NCBI GenBank assembly: GCA_038068435.1
Contig: JBBTLZ010000038.1
Span: forward strand, 1 to 58,860
DNA from: Candidatus Eiseniibacteriota bacterium
Lineage (GTDB): Bacteria; Eisenbacteria; RBG-16-71-46
Reading direction: 5' to 3'
DNA length: 58,860 nucleotides
Position numbers and translations under genes: made by a program
Shown: positions 51,127 through 58,860 of the stretch, in pieces
How positions within the stretch are numbered: the stretch's first letter is position 1
Layout: the number at the start of each line of letters is the position of its first letter
The notes under the pieces: generated by a model
Database searches by the model: none
Told to the model about the DNA's origin: nothing
The model's input: only the letters and a program-made list of their open reading frames with translations

Positions 51127-52037
51127 GCGCGCGGCGCGTCCCGGCGCGCCGCGGCGACCAGACCCCACTCCGCACCCCTGAGGCCGGGCCCCGCCGCGCG
51201 CGCCGCGCATTCCCGGGCGTCATGCTGGCGCTCGCGCTGTCGGCGACCACCGTCGCGCTCGTTTGCGGCCCGGCCGCGCGCGCTCAGGAGACCAGCGCCG
51301 GCCCCGCGATCCCGGCGGCGGTCGGGTTCGTGAACGACCACGCGCGCAAGCTGGACGAGACCACGCGCGCCCGGCTCGAGGCGTTCCTCGACCAACTCAA
51401 GCGGAAGACCGGCGCCGAGTTCGCCGTGCTCGTCATGCCCTCGACCGCGCCGGTGAGCCCGAGCGAGTACAAGGTGGCCGTGTTCCAGCGCTGGGGGCTC
51501 GGGCGCAAGGGCCAGGACGACGGGCTGCTGATGCTGGTGGCGATCGAGGAGCGCGAGGTGCGCTTCGAGACCGGCTACGGCCTCGAAGGCACCCTGCCCG
51601 ACGGCCTCCAGTCGCGCATCTTCCGCAAGGTGATGGCGCCGCGCTTCCGCAAGGACGACTACGCGGGGGGTGTGGCCGCCGGCGTGCTCGCGTGCGCACA
51701 GCGCATTGCCGCCGAGAAGGGCGTTACGCTCGAGTGGGACGGCCAGGAGCTGCGCTACGGCTCGCGCGACGACGGCCCGCCCCTGTGGGCGCTCGCCATC
51801 ATGGTGGCGTTCGTCCTGCTCTTCGTGCTGCTGCGCATGATCGGCGGCGGCGGGGGTGGCTACGGCCCCGGGCGCCGGCGCCGGTGGCGCCGCGGCGGGT
51901 GCATCGGCCCCGGCGGCTTCGGCGGCGGGGGGGGTTTCGGCGGCCGCGGGTTTGGGGGTGGTGGGTTCGGCGGCGGCTCGTTCGGCGGCTTCGGCGGCGG
52001 GGCGAGCGGTGGTGGTGGCGGCGGCGGCAGGTGGTGA
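51123..52037 (+). CDS. TPM-domain membrane protein with Gly-rich tail (YgcG-like)
   Basis: FVNDHA, WGLGRKGQDDGLL, ETGYGLEGTLPD, one TM, FGGGASGGGGGGGRW. Confidence 0.92.
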   Translation: MSARRVPARRGDQTPLRTPEAGPRRARRAFPGVMLALALSATTVALVCGPAARAQETSAGPAIPAAVGFVNDHARKLDETTRARLEAFLDQLKRKTGAEFAVLVMPSTAPVSPSEYKVAVFQRWGLGRKGQDDGLLMLVAIEEREVRFETGYGLEGTLPDGLQSRIFRKVMAPRFRKDDYAGGVAAGVLACAQRIAAEKGVTLEWDGQELRYGSRDDGPPLWALAIMVAFVLLFVLLRMIGGGGGGYGPGRRRRWRRGGCIGPGGFGGGGGFGGRGFGGGGFGGGSFGGFGGGASGGGGGGGRW

Positions 52038-52148
52038 ACGTGACGCATCGGCGGCGCCTGGCGCGCACGGGTTGGAACGCGGCGCGGGCGTCGCGCGTAG
52101 AGTGACCTCAACGGCCGGGACGGTGCCGGCCAGGAAAGGAGCGGGACG

Positions 52149-52733
52149 ATGAAGCGAGGTGGTCTGATCGCGGTAGCGGTCGTGGCCGTGCTGCTGATCT
52201 TCGTCGGCGGCTGCCTGGTGGGTAACTACAACCGGCTCGTGACCGGCAAGGAGCAGGTGGACCAGAAGTGGGCGCAGGTGAACAACCAGCTGCAGCGCCG
52301 GAACGATCTGATCGGGAACCTCGCCGAGACGGTGAAGGGTACCGCGACGCAGGAGCAGGCGGTGTTCGGCGCGATCGCCGACGCCCGCGCGAAGATGGCC
52401 GGCGCGACCACGCCCGAGCAGGGCATCGAGGCGGGGCGCGCGATGGACTCGGCGCTCGGCCGGCTGCTGGTGGTGGTCGAGAACTATCCGCAGCTCCGGA
52501 GCAACGAGGCGTTCGTCCAGCTGATGGACGAGCTGGCCGGCACCGAGAACCGGCTCGCCACCGAGCGCATGCGCTACAACGAGGTGGTGCAGAGCTTCAA
52601 CATCATGGTCAAGCGCTTCCCCATGAACCTGTTCGCGACCATGTTCAACTACAAGGAGGCGATCTACTACCCGGTGTCCGAGGCGGCGAAGGCGGTGCCC
52701 AGGGTGGACTTCGGCGGGCTCAAGAAACCGTAG
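52149..52733 (+). CDS. lemA: LemA family protein
   Basis: YNRLV, QRRNDLIGNL, ENYPQLRSN, ELAGTENR, RYNEVV, FP. Confidence 0.95.
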   Translation: MKRGGLIAVAVVAVLLIFVGGCLVGNYNRLVTGKEQVDQKWAQVNNQLQRRNDLIGNLAETVKGTATQEQAVFGAIADARAKMAGATTPEQGIEAGRAMDSALGRLLVVVENYPQLRSNEAFVQLMDELAGTENRLATERMRYNEVVQSFNIMVKRFPMNLFATMFNYKEAIYYPVSEAAKAVPRVDFGGLKKP

Positions 52734-52759
52734 TCATCATCACGAGGAGGGGCCCAGCG

Positions 52760-53047
52760 ATGTACATCGTTCGCGAGAGCTTCACCGCCAGGCCGGGCAT
52801 GGCCTCGAAGCTCGCCCGGCTCATCAAGGACGTCTCGAAGGACATGATGAAGAACAAGGTCCGCGTCATGACCGACGTGATCGGTGACTTCAACACCGTG
52901 GTCTTCGAGACCGAGATCAAGGACCTCGCCGAGCACGAGCAGATGATGAAGGAGTACGGCGAGAAGCCGGAGCTCAGGCAGCGCCTGGCCGGCTACACGG
53001 ATCTGTGGATCACGGGCAAGCGCGAGATCTTCCGCGTGGTGGAGTGA
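52760..53047 (+). CDS. Small NIPSNAP-like / dimeric alpha-beta barrel protein
   Basis: GAGGAGG RBS; MYIVRESFTARPG, RVMTDVIGDFNTVVFE, GKREIFRV. Confidence 0.65.
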   Translation: MYIVRESFTARPGMASKLARLIKDVSKDMMKNKVRVMTDVIGDFNTVVFETEIKDLAEHEQMMKEYGEKPELRQRLAGYTDLWITGKREIFRVVE

Positions 53048-53075
53048 GGCGCGCGGCCGGGGCGCACATGGACGG

Positions 53076-53102
53076 CCGGGGCGCGCGTGACGCGCGCCCC
53101 GG
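53076..53102. terminator. Perfect 12-bp GC hairpin between convergent operons
   Basis: CCGGGGCGCGCG-TGA-CGCGCGCCCCGG followed by TTCGGTCTTCT on the + strand. Confidence 0.6.
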
Positions 53103-53131
53103 TTCGGTCTTCTCGTGGACGCGATGACCCG

Positions 53132-54625
53132 CTACCGGCCGCTCACTCCCAGCGCCGTCACCTCACGCGCGGCGCCGCTGAGCGCCTGCCGGGTGGCGTC
53201 GTCCAGCTCCCCACCCGCGGCGTCCATCGCCTGCGCCAGCGCCTGCGGCGCGTCGGACCCCCGCCGCCGCGCCGCCGCGTAGTCGCGCGCGACCCGGAGC
53301 AGCATCACCGCCTCGCGTTCGTGCGGGGCATCACCGTCGTCGCCCTCGGCGCCGGCGCCACGATCGATGAGGCGCGCGAGGTCGCGCAGCCGGCCGGTGG
53401 GATCGGCCGCGGCCGCCAGCGCCAGCGCGTGACGCCCCACCGCGCTCTCGGCCCAGGCGCCGAGCGCGACGCCGTGCCCGATCAGGCCGCGCATCCGGGG
53501 CGGGAGCAGCAGCGCCCGCGCCGCGCGGTCGGCGAGTGAGGCCGCTTCGACGCGCGCTTCGGAATCATCGTCCGGACCCACCTCGCCCGCGCGCGCGACC
53601 AGCGTCTCGATGAGGCCGTCCACGAGTGCCCGGCAGCGCCGTGCGTTTGCGAGCCCCACGGCCGCCGCCTCGCACAGCAGGGTCAGCACGTCGATGTCGA
53701 GACGCGTCGTGTCCTCGCTGTCTAGCCGCTCACCGGCGACCAGGAGACCCTCGAGTCCGCCGGCGCCGCGCAGCGGCGCCAGCAGCGAGATGCCCTTGGC
53801 GACGAACATCGGCAGCTCGGCCCGCAGCTCCGGGAAGCGCTCGAGCTCGGCGCGCCGCACCGGGCGTCCCATCCCGGCGAGCAGTGTCGCCAGCTCACCG
53901 TCGGGGCGCACCTCGAGCCCCGCGATCCGCTCGAGACCATCGCCGCGAATCTCCGCCGGCACGAACGGGCCGCCGGCCCGCTCGGCCGTGAGCAGCGCCG
54001 CCACGCTCACGCCCACCTGGATGCGGACGGCGAGCAGGAACCGCCCGGCCAGCTCGTCGGCATCGAGCGCCCCGTACAGGTCGCGCGCAAGCCCGGCGGT
54101 GAGCTCGCGCAGACGCTGCTCCCTGCGCAGCTCCGCATGCGCGCGCTTCACGTCGTCGCGGGTGCGCGCCAGCTCCAGCTCGGCCTCGCGCCCGCGCCGG
54201 CGGGACTCGCGCGCTTCGGATGCGCGCGCCAGCAGCCGCTTGATGCGCGCGACCAGCTCCTTGGGTGAGAACGGCTTCGTCAGGTAGTCGTCGGCACCGC
54301 GCGCAAAGCCCTGCAGGCGCGCCTCGGTCTCGCTCGCCGCCGAGACCATGATGATGGGGAGATACGGGTCGTCGGGATCCTGGCGGAGGATCTCGCACAC
54401 CTCGAGCCCGCTCTTCTTGGGCAGCCGCACGTCGAGCACCACCAGGTCGGGGCGCTTGCCGAGTGCGACCCGCACCGCCTCCTCGCCGTCGCTCGCGGTG
54501 ATGACGCGGTAGCCGTGCGCGGCGAGCGCGATGTTGAGCAGGTCGACGACCCGGCGGTCGTCATCCACCACCAGGATGCACGGCGTCGCGGTGGCGGGCG
54601 CCGTGGGACCGATGAGGCTCCTCAT
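53132..54625 (-). CDS. Response regulator: REC, coiled coil, GAF-like, degenerate HD-GYP
   Basis: Intact REC (LVVDDD, VLDVRLP, DYLTKPF); GAF-like LLAPLRGAGGLEGLL; the C-terminus follows the HD-GYP layout but has no HD, HHE or GYP. Confidence 0.75.
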   Translation of the reverse strand: MRSLIGPTAPATATPCILVVDDDRRVVDLLNIALAAHGYRVITASDGEEAVRVALGKRPDLVVLDVRLPKKSGLEVCEILRQDPDDPYLPIIMVSAASETEARLQGFARGADDYLTKPFSPKELVARIKRLLARASEARESRRRGREAELELARTRDDVKRAHAELRREQRLRELTAGLARDLYGALDADELAGRFLLAVRIQVGVSVAALLTAERAGGPFVPAEIRGDGLERIAGLEVRPDGELATLLAGMGRPVRRAELERFPELRAELPMFVAKGISLLAPLRGAGGLEGLLVAGERLDSEDTTRLDIDVLTLLCEAAAVGLANARRCRALVDGLIETLVARAGEVGPDDDSEARVEAASLADRAARALLLPPRMRGLIGHGVALGAWAESAVGRHALALAAAADPTGRLRDLARLIDRGAGAEGDDGDAPHEREAVMLLRVARDYAAARRRGSDAPQALAQAMDAAGGELDDATRQALSGAAREVTALGVSGR

Positions 54626-56499
54626 CGGGCGCCCCACTCGCGGGGGTCCGCAGCGCCACCGTGGCCGCGACCCGAGCCGCCGGGGAGGTCCGGCACGAGG
54701 CGCGCGAGGACGCGCTCGAGCGCCTCGCGCTCGTATGGCTTCCGCAGCGTGGCGGTCACACCCGCCGCACGCGCCACCGTCTCGTCGGCGGCATCGCGCA
54801 CCAGTGCCACCAGTGGCGAGCGCGTGGCCCCCGCGCTCCGCATCACCTCGAGCAGGAACGCCTCGCCGCGCGCGTCCGGCAGCTCGAGGTCAGCGCACAC
54901 CAGCGCCCACGGGCCGTGCGGCAGCAGGGTGCGCAGCTCGGCGGCGGTGCCCACCGCATGGACGGCGAAACCCCGCTGCTCGAGCAGCCGCACGAGGAAG
55001 ATGCGCGCCGTGATCGAGTCCTCGGCCACCAGCGCCTGCCGGGAGGCCCGGGCGGGCGGCGAAGCCGGCTCGGGCGTCCCGGCGGACTCGATCGGCGCGG
55101 GCGGTGCCGCCGGCGAAGCCGGCTCGGGCGTCCCGGCGGACTCGATCGGCGCGGCCGGCGCCGGCGTCACTGACGGCACCGATGTCGTGCCCGCCTCAGG
55201 ATCGGCCGGCACCGTCTCCAGCGGTTCGACGTCCTGCGCTCCGAGCGATCGGATCGGCTCGCCCGCCGCCGGTTCGGTCCAACCGCGCGCGGCGGTGGAC
55301 GGGAACGGGATGGGGGGCGGCGGCCCGGCGGGCACCTCGCGCGCGGGTGGGGCGGGCGGTCTGGGAGGCGCCGTAGCCACCGGCGGTGGGCCACGGCGGC
55401 CCGCATCGGCCACCACCGGTGCCGCGATCCCGCGCAGCAGCCACGCCGGATCGAGCACCCAGTAGAGATCGCCATCGTCGGAGCGCACCGCGCGGACGAT
55501 GCCCGACGCCGGCGGCTCGCCGGGCGCCTCGGCCGGCTGCGCCGACATCCGCCACACCAGCCGGTCAGCGACCAGGCAGGCGCGCTTGAGGCCGAGCGCC
55601 ACCACCACCACCGGCTGCTCGGCGGCGCGACGCGGCGCGACGGCGAGCGGCGCCAGCACCGGCAGTCCCTGCCGGCGGGCCATGGCGTCGATGGTGTCGG
55701 CGGGCATCAACCGCACGCGCGCCACGGCGTGCCAGGGGACGGCGAGCTGCAGCTCGTCCTGCTCGAGCATGAGGAACGTCTCGCGCTCGGCCAGGATCGG
55801 CACGCGCACGGTCCACGCGCCGGGACGATCCCCCGCGGGGCCGAGGTGCGCCCCCACGTTGGCGAGCACTTCGGACGCGGGGTGGACGCCGGAGAAGACG
55901 ATGCCCTCGCAGGTCACCTCGAGCGCCGAGCCGTCGCTCGCGAGCCACAGCCTGAGCCGCGGGGCACCCTCGCCGAGCAGCCAGTCGAGTGCTGCGCGCA
56001 GCGCGCCCGCCACCGGCGGATGGAGGCGCACCTTCCGCAGCAGCTCCTCGTTCCCGCGCTGCACGGGCAGGCCTTCGAGCGCCCCCGCAAGCGGTACCGG
56101 CGCGGACTCGGCCGCCGCCCGCGCGCTGCGGTTCCCGGCTGCCGTCCACGGGGTCGTCGATGGGGGGGCGAGCGGTACCCGCTCGATCGCCTGCGCCATC
56201 AGCGCCAGCTCATCGTCCACGCTCCGGAGCGCCTCGACGTTGCCCTCACGCCCGCATTCCGCCGCCGCGCGCCGCACCTGCTCGAGCGCGGGCTTGAGGG
56301 CCGCCGGCCACGCGGCGCCCGCGTGCGGCGACAGGGCGCCCAGCAGCCGGTTGAGCCCGCGCAGCGAGAGCAACTGCGCCAGGTCGCGCGCCGCGTCGAG
56401 CGTGCGCACCGAGGCGCCGTCGTCGAGCGCCTGGGTCACGATCTGGCTCAGGCCGCGCGCGATCTCGCGCGCCGCGTCGTGCCCGCCGGCGCCGCTCAC
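54622..56499 (-). CDS. Degenerate CheA-like protein (eroded Hpt/kinase, CheW-like domain, Pro-rich linker, REC)
   Basis: WTVRVP...FLML...LAVPWHAV, ACLVADRLV and DDGDLYWVLDP resemble the CheA P4 end and P5; C-terminal LVAEDSITAR...CADLELP...LRKP; no recognisable H, N or G boxes. Confidence 0.68.
   Translation of the reverse strand: MSGAGGHDAAREIARGLSQIVTQALDDGASVRTLDAARDLAQLLSLRGLNRLLGALSPHAGAAWPAALKPALEQVRRAAAECGREGNVEALRSVDDELALMAQAIERVPLAPPSTTPWTAAGNRSARAAAESAPVPLAGALEGLPVQRGNEELLRKVRLHPPVAGALRAALDWLLGEGAPRLRLWLASDGSALEVTCEGIVFSGVHPASEVLANVGAHLGPAGDRPGAWTVRVPILAERETFLMLEQDELQLAVPWHAVARVRLMPADTIDAMARRQGLPVLAPLAVAPRRAAEQPVVVVALGLKRACLVADRLVWRMSAQPAEAPGEPPASGIVRAVRSDDGDLYWVLDPAWLLRGIAAPVVADAGRRGPPPVATAPPRPPAPPAREVPAGPPPPIPFPSTAARGWTEPAAGEPIRSLGAQDVEPLETVPADPEAGTTSVPSVTPAPAAPIESAGTPEPASPAAPPAPIESAGTPEPASPPARASRQALVAEDSITARIFLVRLLEQRGFAVHAVGTAAELRTLLPHGPWALVCADLELPDARGEAFLLEVMRSAGATRSPLVALVRDAADETVARAAGVTATLRKPYEREALERVLARLVPDLPGGSGRGHGGAADPREWGAR
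55057..55154. repeat. Exact 44-bp direct repeat (54-bp period) in the Pro-rich linker
   Basis: CGGCGAAGCCGGCTCGGGCGTCCCGGCGGACTCGATCGGCGCGG at 55057 and 55111; encodes APIESAGTPEPASP twice. Confidence 0.9.
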
Positions 56500-58082
56500 G
56501 ATCGCTCCCCGCGGCCCGCGCCGGAGCCGCCCGCGCCGGGCCCGCCCGCGCGCTTCCGAACGCCGCGCGACTCCTCGCCCGGCAGCAGATGCTCCTGGCC
56601 GAGCAGCTTGAGCCCGGGCGAGCGCGGAGCGGACGGCTCCGTTCCCGCCGTCTCACCGGGCGACTCGGGTGTCACCGGCGGATCGGCGGCGCGCGTCTCC
56701 GCGGTTGCCGACGGCGGTGCCTCGGGCGCCGAGAGACGCACCACCATCCCCGCCAGCTCCTGCACTTCCTCTTCGAGCCGGCGCACCAGACGCTCGGCGG
56801 CCCGCGAGACGCGCTCGCCGGCCGCCGAGAGCCGCTCGCCCTTCTGCGCCGCGTCCTGGATCATCTCCTTCACGCGCCCGAGCAGCCGCGACGGCTCGGT
56901 CGTGCGCGCGGGCTCGCCGGCGGAGGGCGCGGGGATCTCCTCGAGCCGCCCGGCGACGCGCTGCCGCACGCCGCGCATGCGCTCGATGGCGGCCGCGACC
57001 TCGCCCTCGACCTCGAGCGAGAGCGTCGTGGTGCGCTCGGTGGCGCTGCGCACCTCGGCGGCGAGCCGCTTCATCTCCTCCGACAGCTCCGCCATCTCGG
57101 GCTCGGGGCGCCCCTGTCGCGCGCCGGTGAGCGCCGCGTTGAGCGCGATGAGCGTGGCGCGGTTCGCCACCAGGTGCACCTGGTCGGCGATCTCCTGGAC
57201 GCGCAGCAGGCCGCGCCCGAGGTGTTCGACGCTGCCGCTCGAGGACTCGACCAACTCCTGGATGGCCGCGCGCGCGGCGGCGAGCCAGGCGGCGAGCGCG
57301 TCGGCGTCGTCGCCGGCCGGACCGGCGGCGAGGGTCGCCAGCGACTGCTCCAGCTCGCCCCCCAGCCGCTGCAGCTCGCGCACGGTGGTGAGCAGCGCGG
57401 TCGCCTCGACGAAGCCCCGCTCGGCCTCGCCCGCGGTGTCGCGCGCCTCCGCGAGCGCGCTGCTCACCGCCGCGCCGATCTGCCGGGCGGCTTCCAGGTT
57501 CTCGTCGCGCACCTCGTCGAGGCGGCGCAGCCCGCGGTCCAGCGATTCCATGAGCGGCGCCAGCGCCCCGGGCTCGACCCTGGCACCCTCCCACCGCTCG
57601 GTCTCCACCCAGCGCTCGAGCGACGCGCGCGTCGCCCCGAGCTGCGCCCGAATCAGACCCAGCTCCTCGGCGGTCCGGGCGACCTGGCGCTGATGGGTGA
57701 GCAGCGCCTGCACCTGCTGCGTGAGCCGCGAGAGATCGCCCCAGCCGGCGCCCGCGGGCAGCCCGCGTAGCTCGGACACGCGGCCGCTGGCGAGGCTGCT
57801 CGTCAGGCCGCGCAGGTGGCCGATGATGCCGCGGTCGAGCCAGAGGGCCAACGCGACGCCGACCAGAATGCCGAGGGCGCCGATGGCGGAAAGCCACGAG
57901 ATGAACACCGGCAGGTCCAGCTGCGTGCCCGGTCCGGCGAGGGAGCCGACGACCCACCACATGCCGCCGGCGCCGACCAGCGCGCCGCCCAGGCAACCCA
58001 GCCACAGGCGGAGCCTCAGGCCCTGCGACGACTCGGTCGCGGGGGGACGCTCGTCACGACGGGCAGGAGGCGTGGAGGTCAT
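56496..58082 (-). CDS. Degenerate methyl-accepting chemotaxis-like protein
   Basis: Two TMs with a very short loop, HAMP-like region, coiled coil with VANRATLIALNAALTGARQG...EEMKRLA (diverged signalling tip). Confidence 0.75.
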   Translation of the reverse strand: MTSTPPARRDERPPATESSQGLRLRLWLGCLGGALVGAGGMWWVVGSLAGPGTQLDLPVFISWLSAIGALGILVGVALALWLDRGIIGHLRGLTSSLASGRVSELRGLPAGAGWGDLSRLTQQVQALLTHQRQVARTAEELGLIRAQLGATRASLERWVETERWEGARVEPGALAPLMESLDRGLRRLDEVRDENLEAARQIGAAVSSALAEARDTAGEAERGFVEATALLTTVRELQRLGGELEQSLATLAAGPAGDDADALAAWLAAARAAIQELVESSSGSVEHLGRGLLRVQEIADQVHLVANRATLIALNAALTGARQGRPEPEMAELSEEMKRLAAEVRSATERTTTLSLEVEGEVAAAIERMRGVRQRVAGRLEEIPAPSAGEPARTTEPSRLLGRVKEMIQDAAQKGERLSAAGERVSRAAERLVRRLEEEVQELAGMVVRLSAPEAPPSATAETRAADPPVTPESPGETAGTEPSAPRSPGLKLLGQEHLLPGEESRGVRKRAGGPGAGGSGAGRGERS

Positions 58083-58557
58083 GGGGCTGGCGTGGCCCTT
58101 CGGGTCGGTGTCGCGGCGAGGCGTATGGATGCGCAGGTAACGAAAGGCAAGACACATGCCCCCCGCGGGTTGGCCGGTCTCCCCCGGCGGGATCGTGCGG
58201 CCGCCGCCGCCCGGCCAGCGGCCCTCGGGTCGGTCGTGCAGAAGGCTTCGGCGCGGGCGAAGACCCGCGATGCGGCCATCCGGCTGCGCCGCTTGGCGGT
58301 CCCGCCACGGCCCTTATCAAAACTCTTTCCTCGGTGACAAATCCATTGCGTATTCCGACGCTTCGTCGCGGCCCAGTAGAGGGTGACCGCTTCGCGCCAC
58401 CGCGCCCCCGGTTCCGCCCTGAAACGGGGCAGAAACCCCATGCCCTGAGGGTTACGGCGCGAAGTGCCGCCCGCTGCTGTGCTTCCAGACCCCCCCATGC
58501 GTGCGCTCAACCGGTGCACGGCGCGGCCGCGTAAGGGATTCGGGCGACGCCGCGTCG

Positions 58558-58573
58558 TGGCACGGACGATGCG
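58558..58573 (+). promoter_or_regulatory. Putative sigma-54 (-24/-12) promoter
   Basis: TGGCACGGACGATGCG: GG-N10-GC, one mismatch to TGGCACG-N4-TTGC, about 70 nt before ATG 58646. Confidence 0.6.
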
Positions 58574-58645
58574 AAAACGCCGGGGCAGAGAGCGCCGTCG
58601 TGCCCCCCGCACGTCGCGGAAGGGGCACCAGGGAAGGGGCACCCG

Positions 58646-58860
58646 ATGAACCCGCGCTACTACGTCGATCTGAAGGAATCGAGCCGGAGCGTCCAGCCGA
58701 CCTACTACTTCATGATCAACTGTCTCCTCTACAGCCGCATGGAGACAGGGCTGGTGTCGAATCAGGACTTCTACGACGAGGACGTCAACGTCTACCTGGC
58801 GCACCTGCTCCACTCGTTCATCAACCCCGAGTATGTCGAGCAGTCGAAGAAGTTCCTCTC
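58646..58860 (+). CDS. Hypothetical protein (partial; runs off the window end)
   Basis: Open frame MNPRYYVDLKESSRSVQPTYYFMINCLLYSRMETGLVSNQDFYDEDVNVYLAHLL... with GC-biased third positions and a purine-rich RBS; not in the ORF track. Confidence 0.8.
   Translation, partial: MNPRYYVDLKESSRSVQPTYYFMINCLLYSRMETGLVSNQDFYDEDVNVYLAHLLHSFINPEYVEQSKKFL

Noticed and set aside
51845-52037. GGC-rich low-complexity repeats
   Set aside because: They encode the normal Gly-rich tail of TPM proteins; not a CRISPR array or VNTR.
58130-58460. Possible c-di-GMP riboswitch (GAAAGGCAA; GAAA hairpin)
   Set aside because: I could not build the two-stem GEMM structure with its conserved motifs; an Rfam scan would be needed.

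Overview
A very GC-rich bacterial chromosome segment, mostly housekeeping and envelope genes. The outer-membrane-type beta-barrel suggests a diderm; I cannot assign taxonomy from the sequence. From left to right: (1) a c-di-GMP signalling operon (REC-GGDEF, a GAF-kinase-GAF-HD-GYP fusion, and a second GAF kinase cut by the window edge); (2) tsaD and cutA; (3) an HzsA-like CxxCH beta-propeller protein with glycosyltransferases; (4) msrA; (5) a four-gene membrane/oxidoreductase operon; (6) a complete F1Fo ATP synthase operon with an AtpI-like domain fused to subunit a and a short epsilon; (7) Nudix, yajQ, tandem S9 peptidases, a CPA2 antiporter, an M20 peptidase, ferredoxin, a persulfide dioxygenase-rhodanese and a 2-oxoacid:ferredoxin oxidoreductase; (8) a ~1.9 kb decayed integron island with two intact attC sites, one broken attC, an MNT-HEPN toxin-antitoxin cassette, a Zn-ribbon cassette and two recombinase fragments, bracketed by a duplicated 3' end of the ferredoxin-NADP reductase gene; (9) a nucleotidyltransferase-like/TPM/LemA operon; (10) an intact, translationally coupled three-gene chemosensory-like operon whose MCP, CheA and HD-GYP cores are all degenerate while both receiver domains are kept. 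Item 10 is the best candidate for an undescribed system. No rRNA, tRNA or CRISPR array was seen. All product calls come from motif recognition by eye, not database searches.
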